Assembly: GCF_000485595.1 (NCBI RefSeq) | Contig: NW_014577088.1 | Location: forward strand, 46,983-83,245 | Reading direction: 5' to 3' | From: Priapulus caudatus | Lineage: Eukaryota | Length of the DNA stretch: 36,263 bases | In this document: in pieces, positions 1-11,160 of the stretch | Layout: every line of letters begins with the position of its first letter | How positions within the stretch are numbered: the first letter of the stretch is position 1 | Notes under the pieces: generated by a model | What the model saw: the letters and a program-made list of their open reading frames with translations, nothing else | Database searches by the model: none | What the model was told of the DNA's origin: nothing | Position numbers and translations under genes: made by a program

Positions 1-415
1 CGGTGTAAGATGTATGTTCCGTGGGGGAGGGCGTTAGTTCCACGGTGTACGATGTATGTTCCGCGGGGGGAGGGCGTTAGTTCCGCGGTGTAAGATGTAT
101 GTTCCGTGGGGGAGGGCGTTAGTTCCACGGTGTAAGGTGTATGTTCCGCGGTGTAAGATGTATGTTCCGCGGGGGGCGTTAGTTACACGGTGTAAATGTA
201 TGTTCCGTGGGGGAGGGCGTTAGTTCCACGGTGTAAGATGTATATTCCGTGGGGGAGGGCGTTAGTTCCACGGTGTAAGATGTATGTTCCGCGGGGGCGT
301 TAGTTACACGGTGTAAGATGTATGTTCCGTGGGGGAGGGCGTTAGTTCCGCGGTGTAAGATGTATGTTCCGTGGGGGAGGGCGTTAGTTCCACGGTGTAA
401 GATGTATGTTCCGTT
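1..415. repeat. 42-bp minisatellite, about 10 copies, truncated by window start
   Basis: Unit TTAGTTCCACGGTGTAAGATGTATGTTCCGTGGGGGAGGGCG repeated head-to-tail with G-run length variants and one partial unit; degenerate related sequence continues to ~560. Confidence 0.95.
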
Positions 416-1302
416 GGAGAAACTGTATGTCTAGTTGGAAAAGATTATGTCCTCTTGAGGACGCTGTAGGTTATGTAGGAAGGATACTCTTTAGGTCACG
501 TAGGCATGTCCTGTGGAAGGCGTAGGTTCCGGGGGGAGGACATACGTCCTGTGGGAAAGACGTTCTCACAAGGCGCAATACAATATTCACCGCACCGCGT
601 ATTCGCATCGCGTATCTTCGTCGTAAATGTGGTTTTTATCCGAGGTTAAGAAACGGGAGCCGACATCTCATTCACGCTCAGTGACGACGGTTTCTTCTAG
701 ATTCTTACGAACAAAACCGCAACCGTCACACGAGAACGTCGGTCGATGAACAGACGACAAAATGTTTCAGCTATCGGTAAAAAAAATACACGCCGAAGAT
801 TTTGTAACTGTCGTAGGTAAATTTGCGATTACTGTTCGATTTTACCCGAGTACGTGACGTTTTTGCTCAATGTATTGACAATGACGTACATTCCTGACCA
901 GCCAAAAGTGCGATTTCATGTACAGCCGTATAGCCACACGAGCCACAACAAAACGCGGGAATTTTGCTAGAATAGAGATATGGCGCTAAACTACAGACGG
1001 GGAATCGGCACTCGACTGAGTTCAGCCTTGTCGAGTTCAGCTCTTTCTCTCGCGAATTTAAATCTTTTAATGTATACTCGTAGCCGGACAAATATTTGAC
1101 AAGGCTCGCTCATTGACGGTGAGCCAGTTCTTTGTTGCGCCGGTGCTTGCTCCATTGTGCCACACACACGGCCATTCGTTGAGCGCAGTAAGCCCCCTGT
1201 AACGCTTTGTAGGGAGCGGATCAGGTTAAAGCTGGCGGGCGACGGTGCAAGAAACGCGTCTGCCACAAAATTTGGACATATGCAATACCGCAATCAGCAC
1301 GG

Positions 1303-1364
1303 ATATATATATATAATATATATATATATATATACATATATTAATACATATAGGGACGAAATGG

Positions 1365-1398
<34 letters not shown>
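1303..1398. repeat. (TA)n microsatellites
   Basis: Two interrupted TA runs. Confidence 0.9.
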
Positions 1399-1401
<3 letters not shown>

Positions 1402-2127
1402 GTGTGTGGGGGGGGGGTCTGCCACACGCTATGATAAAAATATGAATTAGGACCGCGCCAGAAAGTCGAACAGATAAATAGAATGACAATTATACCTAAT
1501 GAAATGTCTCAATTTCTTAAAATGACAGGGGCCAAAATTATGGTTCCTATATAGTTTTCTTCAATGCAGCTACAGCAAGGGCCGAGCATAGTTAGTTGTA
1601 AGTGATGCTTCTTTGTTAGTCGCGCCTTTACTTGTAAAACGCGGTGAGTAAGTACGTGGGAGTAATGGTGGAATTGTCATGTAATGGTATAGCTATTGGA
1701 GACAAATGTTTGTTTACCTCAAAGCGCCGGGCGTATTTACTTCCCAGTCTACGCTCGACAAATAGCCGCGCGTGTAATGCGCACTGCGGTGTATCTTTAA
1801 TGCAAATAGTTGGGCATGTGTCTTTGTTGAAGCGAAAATAATGCAAATCTCGCTAATTGCTCGGGACCTCATGCGTCGATAGGTAGCGCCACTGGCGGGG
1901 GTTCAGTATATATGCGCGCAACACGTCGCTAGAACTTCATTACTTGCTCAGATTTTAAAACTACATGACACATACGCAACGAAGGCGTGGTACAGGCATG
2001 TAGTACGTTTACATGCTATACGTAATACAGACGCAGTAGTACGTTAGCAGGCAACAACGCAGGGAAACAAAGTCTACTTCGTATTGTCATGAACAGCGCA
2101 CTAACATTAACACAATCTAGATAATAC

Positions 2128-2167
2128 CAGGAGTTAATAAAGACAAATTTGTCTTTATTAACTCCTG
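2128..2167. mobile_element. 40-bp palindromic micro-MITE, copy 1
   Basis: Perfect palindrome CAGGAGTTAATAAAGACAAA|TTTGTCTTTATTAACTCCTG flanked by direct repeat ATAATAC (2121-2127, 2168-2174). Confidence 0.85.
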
Positions 2168-2279
2168 ATAATACTCGTGTGTGTCGTCCTGTCTACTATA
2201 TGCAGGACCTTAAAATATGTTACTATAAGTTGTTAAATATCTGTGTCTAGGTAGTAAGTAATTACGATACTCACTTACA

Positions 2280-2625
2280 ATGCGTACAACAATACGTACG
2301 TACATATTGTACGTATACGTATATTACGTTACGTATATATTACATTATATATACATTACGTATATATACGTAACGTACGTACAATACTCACGTACAATAC
2401 TTATACCGGGCGCGCACGCCCGCTCACACGCATGCACATACACACGGACACATGCACGCACACACGCAGACACAAACAAACAAACAAACACACACACACA
2501 CACACACACACGCACGCACGCACGCATACACACACATACGCGCGCACGCACGCACACACACATGCACACACGCACACGCGCACATACACGCACGCACACA
2601 GACACGCGCACAGGCACGCACACAC
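2280..2625. repeat. Compound microsatellite (TACG/TA-rich, then CA/CG-rich)
   Basis: Low-complexity runs; source of the spurious TH/RV/CV-rich ORFs. Confidence 0.9.
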
Positions 2626-4059
2626 TGACTAGTGACATGTTGTTAAGGCGCCCTTGCTCCTCATGCGCACACCTGGTGGTAATCGACCGCATCAGGCGAC
2701 GTCTCATGCGCGCGGCGTGGCGCTGCACCACCAACCGCAACACCCATTTTAATTATCCGCGTGCAAACAGACTTCGCGTTAGATGCTCACGAACACCTGC
2801 ACATGGTCAGGAAACACATTATCAGGCTATCAAAGGTTAAGAAGTCGGCTGTCAAGGCTGTACGCGCGCGACGAAAGAACCGGAAATGACGACGACACAG
2901 ACGTTGACGACGTATGAAAAACGCATTTCTACAACTGTATTTTCATCTCTCGTGTCCTTCTTACGAAAGGCTCACTACCGTGATCGCATTGTCGAAGTGA
3001 AAAAAGTGATGCTGTAGACCACGTGGTATACGAAAGAACTTTTCTACGTCATCGTAGAATACCGTAGCAGCTATGCATGACGTCATGAGCATGGTGACGA
3101 GGCGGTTCACGCAACGAAGCCGCGCCTTATGGACTTATGAAGTGCAAAGGAGCGGGAAATATTTACGAAGTGCTCCTAACTGCTCCCACAATATTTGCAG
3201 TAGCCACTGTCCACAACTGAGATAGCCCGGTTCGGAAATGACTGTTCAAACAGCAAGCCAGTGAATCCTCCGCAGGCATTTCACGCTGTTTGAATTCCAT
3301 TTCCTATAACAGAGAAGAAATTGACCTGTCGGCTTCAGCAAGCATTTGGGTGCATCGCACAGTAAAGTGTCATATGCCTACGACACACATATTGGTGTCA
3401 CACTACGCGGTATCTCTACTACATATAATGGACACAAATAGTATATGGACACAAATCTTATTACGAGCGTGATTTTACATGAAACAAATATATCATTTTA
3501 TACATACATTATAATTACAATAATATTACATTTACAAGTAAAGCATAGCGTGTGTATGAGCGTATATATAGATGCGATATGGGCGGGTAGTTGGAAATGA
3601 ATACCGACCTAAAATTATGATATATTTTTTTACAGAAATTAATTACATTTTTAATTGACAAAACAGTCTCGGTGATGTTTCTCTTTGCGGTCTGTACCGC
3701 CCATAGTCACCCAGCATATGGCTAAAGGCTAAAAGGGCACGGAGCAATTGCACACTACGCAGCTATATATCTGTGTGTAGGTAGGTTTACAGCCATGAAC
3801 GGTGTGTGTAAAAGTATTTCTGACCTTTCAGAACAAGGCGCCGACTAAGACGATTTCGTCGTGTTCCGTTGTAGCAAAATCTTACATATAGGTTGTAGAC
3901 TGACAACAGCAGCTGTTCGCAACCTCATTATTCCCTCACAGCCTGATAATGCTTGTCAGTCTAGAAGGCTTCTGCTTATCGCCATGCAACAGTCAGTGGT
4001 ATTAGTAGAAGCCCCAGGCGCGTGGACAGTGCGGGTAAGATGTCTCTAGGGAAAGCCAA

Positions 4060-4262
4060 ACGCACATGCACGCATACGCGCATGCACATGCACGCGCACA
4101 CATACACGGCTACATAGTACACGCTCGCGCACACTTACATACACATACGCTCCCACGAGCACAAACACGCGCCTGCGCACGCAGCCAATGACAAACACAC
4201 ACATAACTATATACTCCTACGCGCACACGCATGTACGTACGCATGGATGCACGCACGCACGT
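4060..4262. repeat. Degenerate (CA/CG)n microsatellite
   Basis: cgcaca/catgca/cacg runs. Confidence 0.8.
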
Positions 4263-6067
4263 ACATTGTCTACCCTATCTCATTTCTGTTTCAATGCGAG
4301 CATATTGACTAATGCCCAACCCGCCGCCCGATTGCGGCGATACGCACTTACTGACTAGTCCGTCATTGACTATCAAAACCTCATACCTTCGTTTCATTAA
4401 GGGCTCCTGATGGGCGAAAATTGCAATTAACCATTCCTAGAAGTTCCAAGAATTGTATTCTCTTTTGCCGCGGGCCGAAATCGATAGAGACTGTATGCGT
4501 TGTGTTTGTCTGTACCACCGATCAGCGCTTGTTTACGGCATTGCACCGCAAGCACCAGACGGGAAACTAGAGAATACGAGCTATAGAATATAAATTTAAC
4601 GACGTACAGTTCAACTTAGCTCAGCAATTGCTGTGTTACTGAATAGACCGGCTACGTTTTCAAAACACGTCTTCTAAAAGTAATAATCTAAACTTGTTTT
4701 CGCATCACGTACAAACGTATAAACAGTTGAATTAACGCATGAACTTTGTTGAATTCCACTCGATTATATTATTATAATGGTACGAATAACTACGGCCTTC
4801 GGTGCAATACTGACATATTTGGCAGAACATTTATATGTTTGACACAGTATTTGCGATTTTTTTGCGATTTAACTTGGTGTTTGCAGAATATTTTCTTACA
4901 CGGAGATCGCTAATAATGGCCATGGTGCCTGCTAATCATTTATGTCAGCACAACTCAAGTAACATCCATTATGTAAATGAGATAGAAAATGTTAATTATG
5001 GAAGGAATGCGAGACTGATTTAATACATGTAAGATCGTAAGATGAGCATCAGAGAACGAGAAAAAAAATCCATAATATTCACTACATTGGTATTCAATAC
5101 AACAATAATAGGGCCTACAGTAAAAAGAAAAAATCATTTATTAAAAATCTGTTCTTCTCGGGAAAATGACAGATCATGAATGATCTTGAAAATATGACGT
5201 TAGCGTTTATTTGAGCTGCTTGTCGAAGTTATGTCTGTGCAATGGCATCGTCATATGTACAAAAGTATTTACTTTGGATGTAATTTTTCTCTTTGTTTCG
5301 CGGCTGTAGGTATTGTATCACACATCGATCATTATTTCAATTTTATGCCCCGTAGGATTACGTGCAGCTACATATCCTGATATGTATACTTCTACTATCA
5401 ACACATCACTACGTCCCCTCTCACAGATGGGGTAAGCCTACAATTATCCCTCGCCAATCGCGTGGTTGGTGACCGCTGCTTTAGTAACCACGGAAAATAC
5501 GGTGGCACTCAATATCCAAGTTGGCTAAATCTAAAATGTCACAAATGATTATTCAAACGTCCCGCTGGCGTCGCCTCCTCGTCACAAAATTCCACAACTG
5601 ACATGCCTTTTTCCTCGTTTCTCGTATAGTAAGTATTTAATAATAGCTTTATAGAACCCCTCCCCTAAATCGGCTCACACGCAACCCTGAATACTGTCCA
5701 CGGACCAAGAGCACTATCGTGATAGCTTTTGGGCTAACATTAAAAGCAATACTCTTCCTTAGTTCCTTATTACGTGTGGTTATTTCGTGAATGGCTGTTG
5801 CGTAGTCGTGTCCCTGGATTACAACCGCTTCTTTAAATACGACTTTAGTCTTGTCAATCGCCTGTGGCAACAACGAGGTGTCGTAAGAAGTTAACCATCG
5901 CTGTTGATAAGTGATGTCTATAGCCAGAGCGGCTTAACATAAATTTCTGAAAGACCTCGGTATTTTGACGTCGCGGCGCCATCTATCTATGAGTGGTAGA
6001 AAATACATCGCGCAGCAACAATGGCATGGGCTCGCTCATAAACATAATATACTGTAACACATTATAT

Positions 6068-6108
6068 CAGGAGTGAATAATAATAGATTCTATTATTATT
6101 CACTCCTG
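6068..6108. mobile_element. 41-bp palindromic micro-MITE, copy 2
   Basis: CAGGAGTGAATAATAATAGA-T-TCTATTATTATTCACTCCTG flanked by ATTATAT (6061-6067, 6109-6115). Confidence 0.85.
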
Positions 6109-6891
6109 ATTATATATCATCTACCTACAATAAATAAATAAATATATATATATATATATATAGTATATAGCACCATGTATGGTATTATATTATGATATAT
6201 GTGGGTTCGCTAACCAGCGATTCCCTAAATGTCACGCAACAGTATTAAAACGCTACCAAGTCATCAACGGTGGGGTTATATAACGTGACGCATAGTCTGC
6301 CGACCGATCGTAGGGCCTCTCGGCTCAACACCGATGCTCAGGCAATGTTTCATATAGCTTCCTCAGCAAGGTTCCTCCTTGTAGCTGCAACCGAAAAAGA
6401 GCTTCCTAAATAAAGGTCTCTAGCTGACTGCGGATTCATGTATTGCGGACTGGTTATTAGTGATCCGTAGTGTTTATAAATATTGTATCAGAATATAACG
6501 TAGCACATATGGTAGCAGTATATAAGGTGAGCGCCTACATAAATTGTTCATGTAATGCGGCTAAGATTCCGGGCCGTATAATTAGCCACCCCACTTGCGT
6601 TAAAACACGAATTTTTCATTAATATGCAAATATAAAATATGGAATACCATATTTATTATTACTCGTTTGTTGAGTATAGCGCCCTGCTGACCGTTATACG
6701 TTTCTAAATATACGGTGGACCCGATATAAACGCGGGCGAATAGGTCCCAATGTTGGACCCCGTTATGACTGCGTCCGCCTTATATCGAGTTTAGATAATT
6801 TCATGTATAGCCTACAGTGCCCGCACGGGAATGGAAATGTCCTGGATTTTATCTAATTTTTAAAAAAATGGAGAGATATTTATATCTTCGT

Positions 6892-6892
<1 letters not shown>

Positions 6893-6942
<50 letters not shown>

Positions 6943-6944
6943 AT

Positions 6945-7001
<57 letters not shown>

Positions 7002-7068
7002 TCTATCTATCTTCATCTATCTATTATCTATTCTACCTATCTATCTATCTATCTAATCTATCTATCTC

Positions 7069-7108
<40 letters not shown>

Positions 7109-7410
7109 CTATCTATCCTATGCTTATCTATCGCTATCTATCCTATCATTCATCTACTATCTATCTATCAGCTATTCTATCTATCTATCCTATCTAAGTA
7201 TATAAATATATATATATATATATATTACTATATATTATATAATATATAATATATAATATATATATATATATAGTATATAAATATATAATATATATATACT
7301 ATATATATATATCTATATATACTATATATATTATATATATATATTAATATATAATATATATATATCTATATAATATGATATATATGTGTGTGTGTGTGTG
7401 TGTGCGTGTG
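6893..7410. repeat. Compound microsatellite (TCTA)n-(TA)n-(TG)n
   Basis: Directly visible; many single-base interruptions between ~7000 and 7380. Confidence 0.95.
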
Positions 7411-8013
7411 TGGTTAGGTCGATCTGTGCTCTTGTCAATTACTCAACGGTTACCGGTGGGCGCAATAAAAATAAAAATAAACAAATAAGAATTACATGAC
7501 CAAAAATAAATAAAGTAAGGTAAAAATATTAAAGAATAAAATAAAAGTGTTGACCCGTTTGCTTTTTGGTCATCTAGCCAAGACCAATCCGGCTTCCGTG
7601 GCGATACGTTTTAGGAAAAAGAACGAAAAGGGTGGCCGGCAAACTAGTTACTAGTTAATTGGCCCGCTTGACCCTTTGACCGCTTTATGATTGATTCAAT
7701 CAAGGTGGATTGTTTGCTTTTTCCAAAGACCAAATGCGATGCGTTTTGTCGATGTGCACAGGTACGCGTGAATACACGCGTACTCGCATATGATATACAA
7801 AGACGTACGGTCGCACGCACATATCCGAATGCGCACACGCCTTCTTGCGCTCGTATGCGGCATGCCGCTCGCGCAGGAACACGTGTTCATACACAAACGC
7901 GCGCGTGAACACGCACGCGCAAGGTCTATAATTATCAGGAGTCTATGAGTAGAGCAGAGTAGAGTCGAGTAAGCTTTATTTAATGTCGGTAGTGTTGAAC
8001 AAAGAAACATAAG

Positions 8014-8387
8014 CCATGGCTTTTCTGCCGACCATCACATATAAATTAGAAAACCGATAAAATATAAAACATTTTGCACGAAACATACATAGAATCAGAA
8101 GTTAATAATAACAAATTTGTCATTATCAACTCCTGATAGAAATTAATACAATCATTTCCAATCATTTACACATTGCACATTTGCACTTATCCCCCTCCCA
8201 CGATCCTAGCATTTTCCTGAAATCATTTAAAAATTTTAACCATGGCTTTTCCGCCGACCATCACATATAAATTAGAAAACAGATCAAATATAAACATTTA
8301 GCACGAAACATACATAGAATCAGGAGCTAATAATGACAAATTTGTCCCTATCAACTCCTGCACATTTGCACTTATCCCCCTCCCACT
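8014..8387. repeat. Local tandem duplication (period 226 bp), each copy carrying a micro-MITE (8096-8135, 8321-8360)
   Basis: CCATGGCTTTTC(T/C)GCCGACCATCACATATAAATTAGAAAAC starts at 8014 and 8240; both copies end in CACTTATCCCCCTCCCAC. Confidence 0.9.
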
Positions 8388-8480
8388 ATCATATGCGCAC
8401 CATTACAAATATATTTATATTGATAGACTTCTGTAATTAACACCCAGTCCTAGAATTGAAATTACGCGGTGACCGACCGT

Positions 8481-8570
8481 AAAATCCACGTGAAATCACG
8501 CGAGAATCACGTAAGATATCATGCGCGTAATCACGTGAAAATCATGCATGACAGTGTAGCCATATTTAGA
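8481..8570 (+). promoter_or_regulatory. E-box/CLEAR-like motif cluster; candidate PIKfyve promoter
   Basis: CACGTG 8487, TCACGCGA 8496, TCACGTAA 8507, TCACGTGA 8531, followed by YY1-like GCCATATTT; CpG-rich; a donor-like CAG|GTAAAC lies at 8835/8836. Confidence 0.4.
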
Positions 8571-8928
8571 AACGCTCACATGCAAAGGCAGCTATGGTTT
8601 ATTAACTGGCCGCTTGGGTGCGCGAGTATCGGTCGTGAGGCTAGTCTGGGTTTTGACCGCTTTGTATTTCAGTAATATAGCACATAATTTAATGATTTAT
8701 GTGAAAAGAAAAAAGATAGTGGCCAAGTCTATATGAACACATCCTCAAATCTCAATGTTTGGATTGCTCTATTGTTTAGACATCGGACTACTTGAAGTTG
8801 TACAAAAATCACACTCATTGATGAAACAAATTCAGGTAAACGGAAGATAATGTGTGAATAGAGTATAGACAACTAAAGCCGTTTGTGTGAAAATAGTTTA
8901 GCCGGTGAAGATCAGTCATGCTAAAGCC

Positions 8929-9820
8929 CACAGGCACTTGAAGCGTTTCAATAACATATAATGCTAACTAAATACGAAATCTTTTTTTCACCTATTAATA
9001 GTATTATTTTACACAGTGGCTATATGCCCGGCAGCCGGCGTATATCTGACGGCTGCCGGGCACGGTCTTCGATTTCCTAAATGCCCGGCAGTTTTTAATT
9101 TTTAGCGTTATGTCAAGTAAACAAGGGTTAGGGTTAGAGTTAGGATTAGGGTTAGGGTTAGGTTTAGGGCTAGAGTTAGGGTTTTTGTTAGGTTTAGGGT
9201 TAGGGTTAGAGTTAGGGTTAAGAACTGCCGGGCATTTAGGAAAACGAAGACCGTGCCCGGCTGCCGGGCATATAGCCACAGCGTTTAGGAAAACGAAGAC
9301 CGTGCCCGGCTGCCGGGCATATAGCCACAGCGATTATTTTATTGCCGACAGTTTCCTGTAAATTCCGTCCAAATCCTACGTGCAACGCTACCAAAATCCT
9401 ACGCTGCCAACCGCCATTGCTTTCGCGGCTCCATTGTTGCACGCTTACACTAATATATATAGTGTATTATTATTATATATATTATATCAAGAGCATATAA
9501 AGAAGGAGAGCGTACAGCGGTAAAATGCTGAAACCATGTTGCAGTAGTAGTCGAATTAATAAACTTTCCCCGTTTTATTTTTTATATATAAGTTATAACT
9601 ATATATATTAGTGTAAGCGTGCAACAGTGGAGCCGCGAAAGCAATGGCGGCTGGCAGCGTAAGCTTTTGGTAGCGTTGCACGTAGGATTTGGATGGAATT
9701 TACAGGAAACTGTCGGCAATAATAGGTGAAAGAGAGTATAGAAACATTGAGAAGTTGGTAGTAAATAGATTTCGTATTTAGTTAGCATTATATTTTATTG
9801 AAACGCTTCAAGTGCCTGTG
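8929..9820. mobile_element. Foldback-type non-autonomous element with ~200-bp inverted arms
   Basis: CACAGGCACTTGAAGCGTTTCAATAA... (8929-8997 plus ~9338-9463) is the reverse complement of 9598-9820; no TSD recognised. Confidence 0.8.
9012..9332. mobile_element. MITE with 9-bp TSD (Mutator-like) and TTAGGG-like core
   Basis: TIR C(A/G)C(A/T)GTGGCTATATGCCCGGCAGCCGG; TSD ATTATTTTA at 9003-9011 and 9333-9341; degenerate GGGTTA array ~9125-9220; interrupts the left arm of the foldback element. Confidence 0.85.
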
Positions 9821-9825
9821 CTACT

Positions 9826-10257
9826 GCCTGGCGCACATTGCCGAACATTTTCCCGAACAATTGTTTTTGTCTGGCAATGTGCGGTTGAACAATTGCTGAG
9901 CGCACCTTGCCGAACATTTTGCAGCGAACAACCTCGTGGCGCCGTCTAGTAGCTGTGTTGTAAAGAGTCACGTGATCGGCACATGATTGGGCACAAAAAT
10001 CATGTGACCACGTATCGTGCTGCTATTGGTTACTACTTTACAAATGTTCCTAGAATTGTTCGACATTCAGCGCACATTGACGAACATTCGACGAACAATG
10101 TTTGAGATATCAAACATTTCCGATCTTCAAAAACATTGTTCGGAACAAATGTTCGGCGACTTTTTTCTCCGCACATTGCCGAACATTTCATGGTAACATT
10201 GCCGAACATTGCTACGATAATGTTTTTGAGCAAAATGTTCGGCAATGTGCGCCAGGC
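9826..10257. mobile_element. MITE with perfect 26-bp TIRs (possibly PIF/Harbinger-like)
   Basis: GCCTGGCGCACATTGCCGAACATTTT at 9826-9851 and reverse complement at 10232-10257; many internal CCGAACATT subterminal repeats; right flank TTA, left TSD not matched. Confidence 0.85.
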
Positions 10258-10506
10258 TTAACTAATTTAACAGCGTGTGTTGCGCTGAGTCAGTGAGTGT
10301 GAGTGTGACTCACTGCATATGTTGTGGAATTTCCACTGGAAATACCTTCGCAAATCATATACCTTGTTACTTAGCTCTATCCGTGCCACTTCGCTGCGTC
10401 ACCGGGTTATAGAATAATACAAGGTTAGTGCACATGCAGTTGACTTGGAACTTTTCTATAATAAAATTATGGTAAATAAACACGAAATGTATTCATTAGT
10501 AATTAC

Positions 10507-10720
10507 CACTCGCAGCTAGGGCCTGCATACCTCCCAAATCCCTATTGGTTGATACAAATCTAGTTAATTTTTTTAATTAAATTTTAATTAGGGTTAGGAT
10601 TAGGGTTAGGGTCACAATGCACCATAAAAGTTTTATTAAAACAGGAGTTTGAGGCACGTGATTTGTATTGATAACCAATGGGATTTGGGAGGTACCGTAT
10701 GCAGGCCCTAGCTGGGAGTG
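10507..10720. mobile_element. MITE with ~55-bp imperfect TIRs and short TTAGGG-like core
   Basis: CACTCGCAGCTAGGGCCTGCATAC...GTATGCAGGCCCTAGCTGGGAGTG; TAATTAC on both flanks (10500-10506, 10721-10727); core TTAGGGTTAGGATTAGGGTTAGGG then ATGCACCATAAAA. Confidence 0.8.
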
Positions 10721-11160
10721 TAATTACCAAAGTTTCTCTACTCGCTTTTGCATATTATTAGTAAATACTAATAACTTTCTGTAAATGCAATTCAAATCAT
10801 GCTGCTCTAGGACATACATTTTCACTTTACGAATGCCGCTGTACACAAACAACAAAATTATGGTGCTAGTGGTAAAGCGCGACCGCAAAATTCGCATGAC
10901 GCTCGTTTTGTTTCATACAACCACAGCACAAATACACAACCAACAGCGTTCTTTTGGTATTTTATCAAATTATAATTTTGCCATTTGGTACTGCACACTT
11001 TACCCAGAGATATCTAGTAAATTCCTGCGGAAAACTCCCACTCGGCTGAAATGTAAATTGGAGCAAGTACATGTGAGCATTGTCACTGCATTGCATTTTG
11101 GATTCAAGTCCTCCCTGCTTCCGAGCTCTATGTCAAGGCCCGCCAAGCCCAGGTAGCATA

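Noticed and set aside
1..415. CRISPR-like regular repeat
   Set aside because: Units are contiguous with no unique spacers, there are no cas genes, and the context is eukaryotic.
867..2840. ORFs rich in YI, TH, CV and RV dipeptides
   Set aside because: They are translations of microsatellites with no recognisable domain.
3832..4049. Possible plus-strand exon (acceptor-like site ~3831, donor GTAAGA at 4035)
   Set aside because: Stops occur in the candidate frames, and there is no recognisable homology or partner exon.
5649..5873. 74-aa minus-strand ORF with protein-like composition
   Set aside because: Non-ATG start, no recognisable motif and no supportable splice chain; a BLAST search would be needed.
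7930..7945. ATTATCAGGAGT resembling a micro-MITE left end
   Set aside because: No matching CTCCTG arm or TSD follows.
9012..9050. CACAGTG RSS heptamer at the MITE end, suggesting Transib/ProtoRAG
   Set aside because: No nonamer at 12 or 23 bp spacing, the other end reads CGCTGTG, and the TSD is 9 bp rather than 5 bp.
9110..9361. GL/PN-repeat ORFs, or a true telomere or fusion site
   Set aside because: A short degenerate TTAGGG tract enclosed by TIRs and a TSD, i.e. transposon interior.
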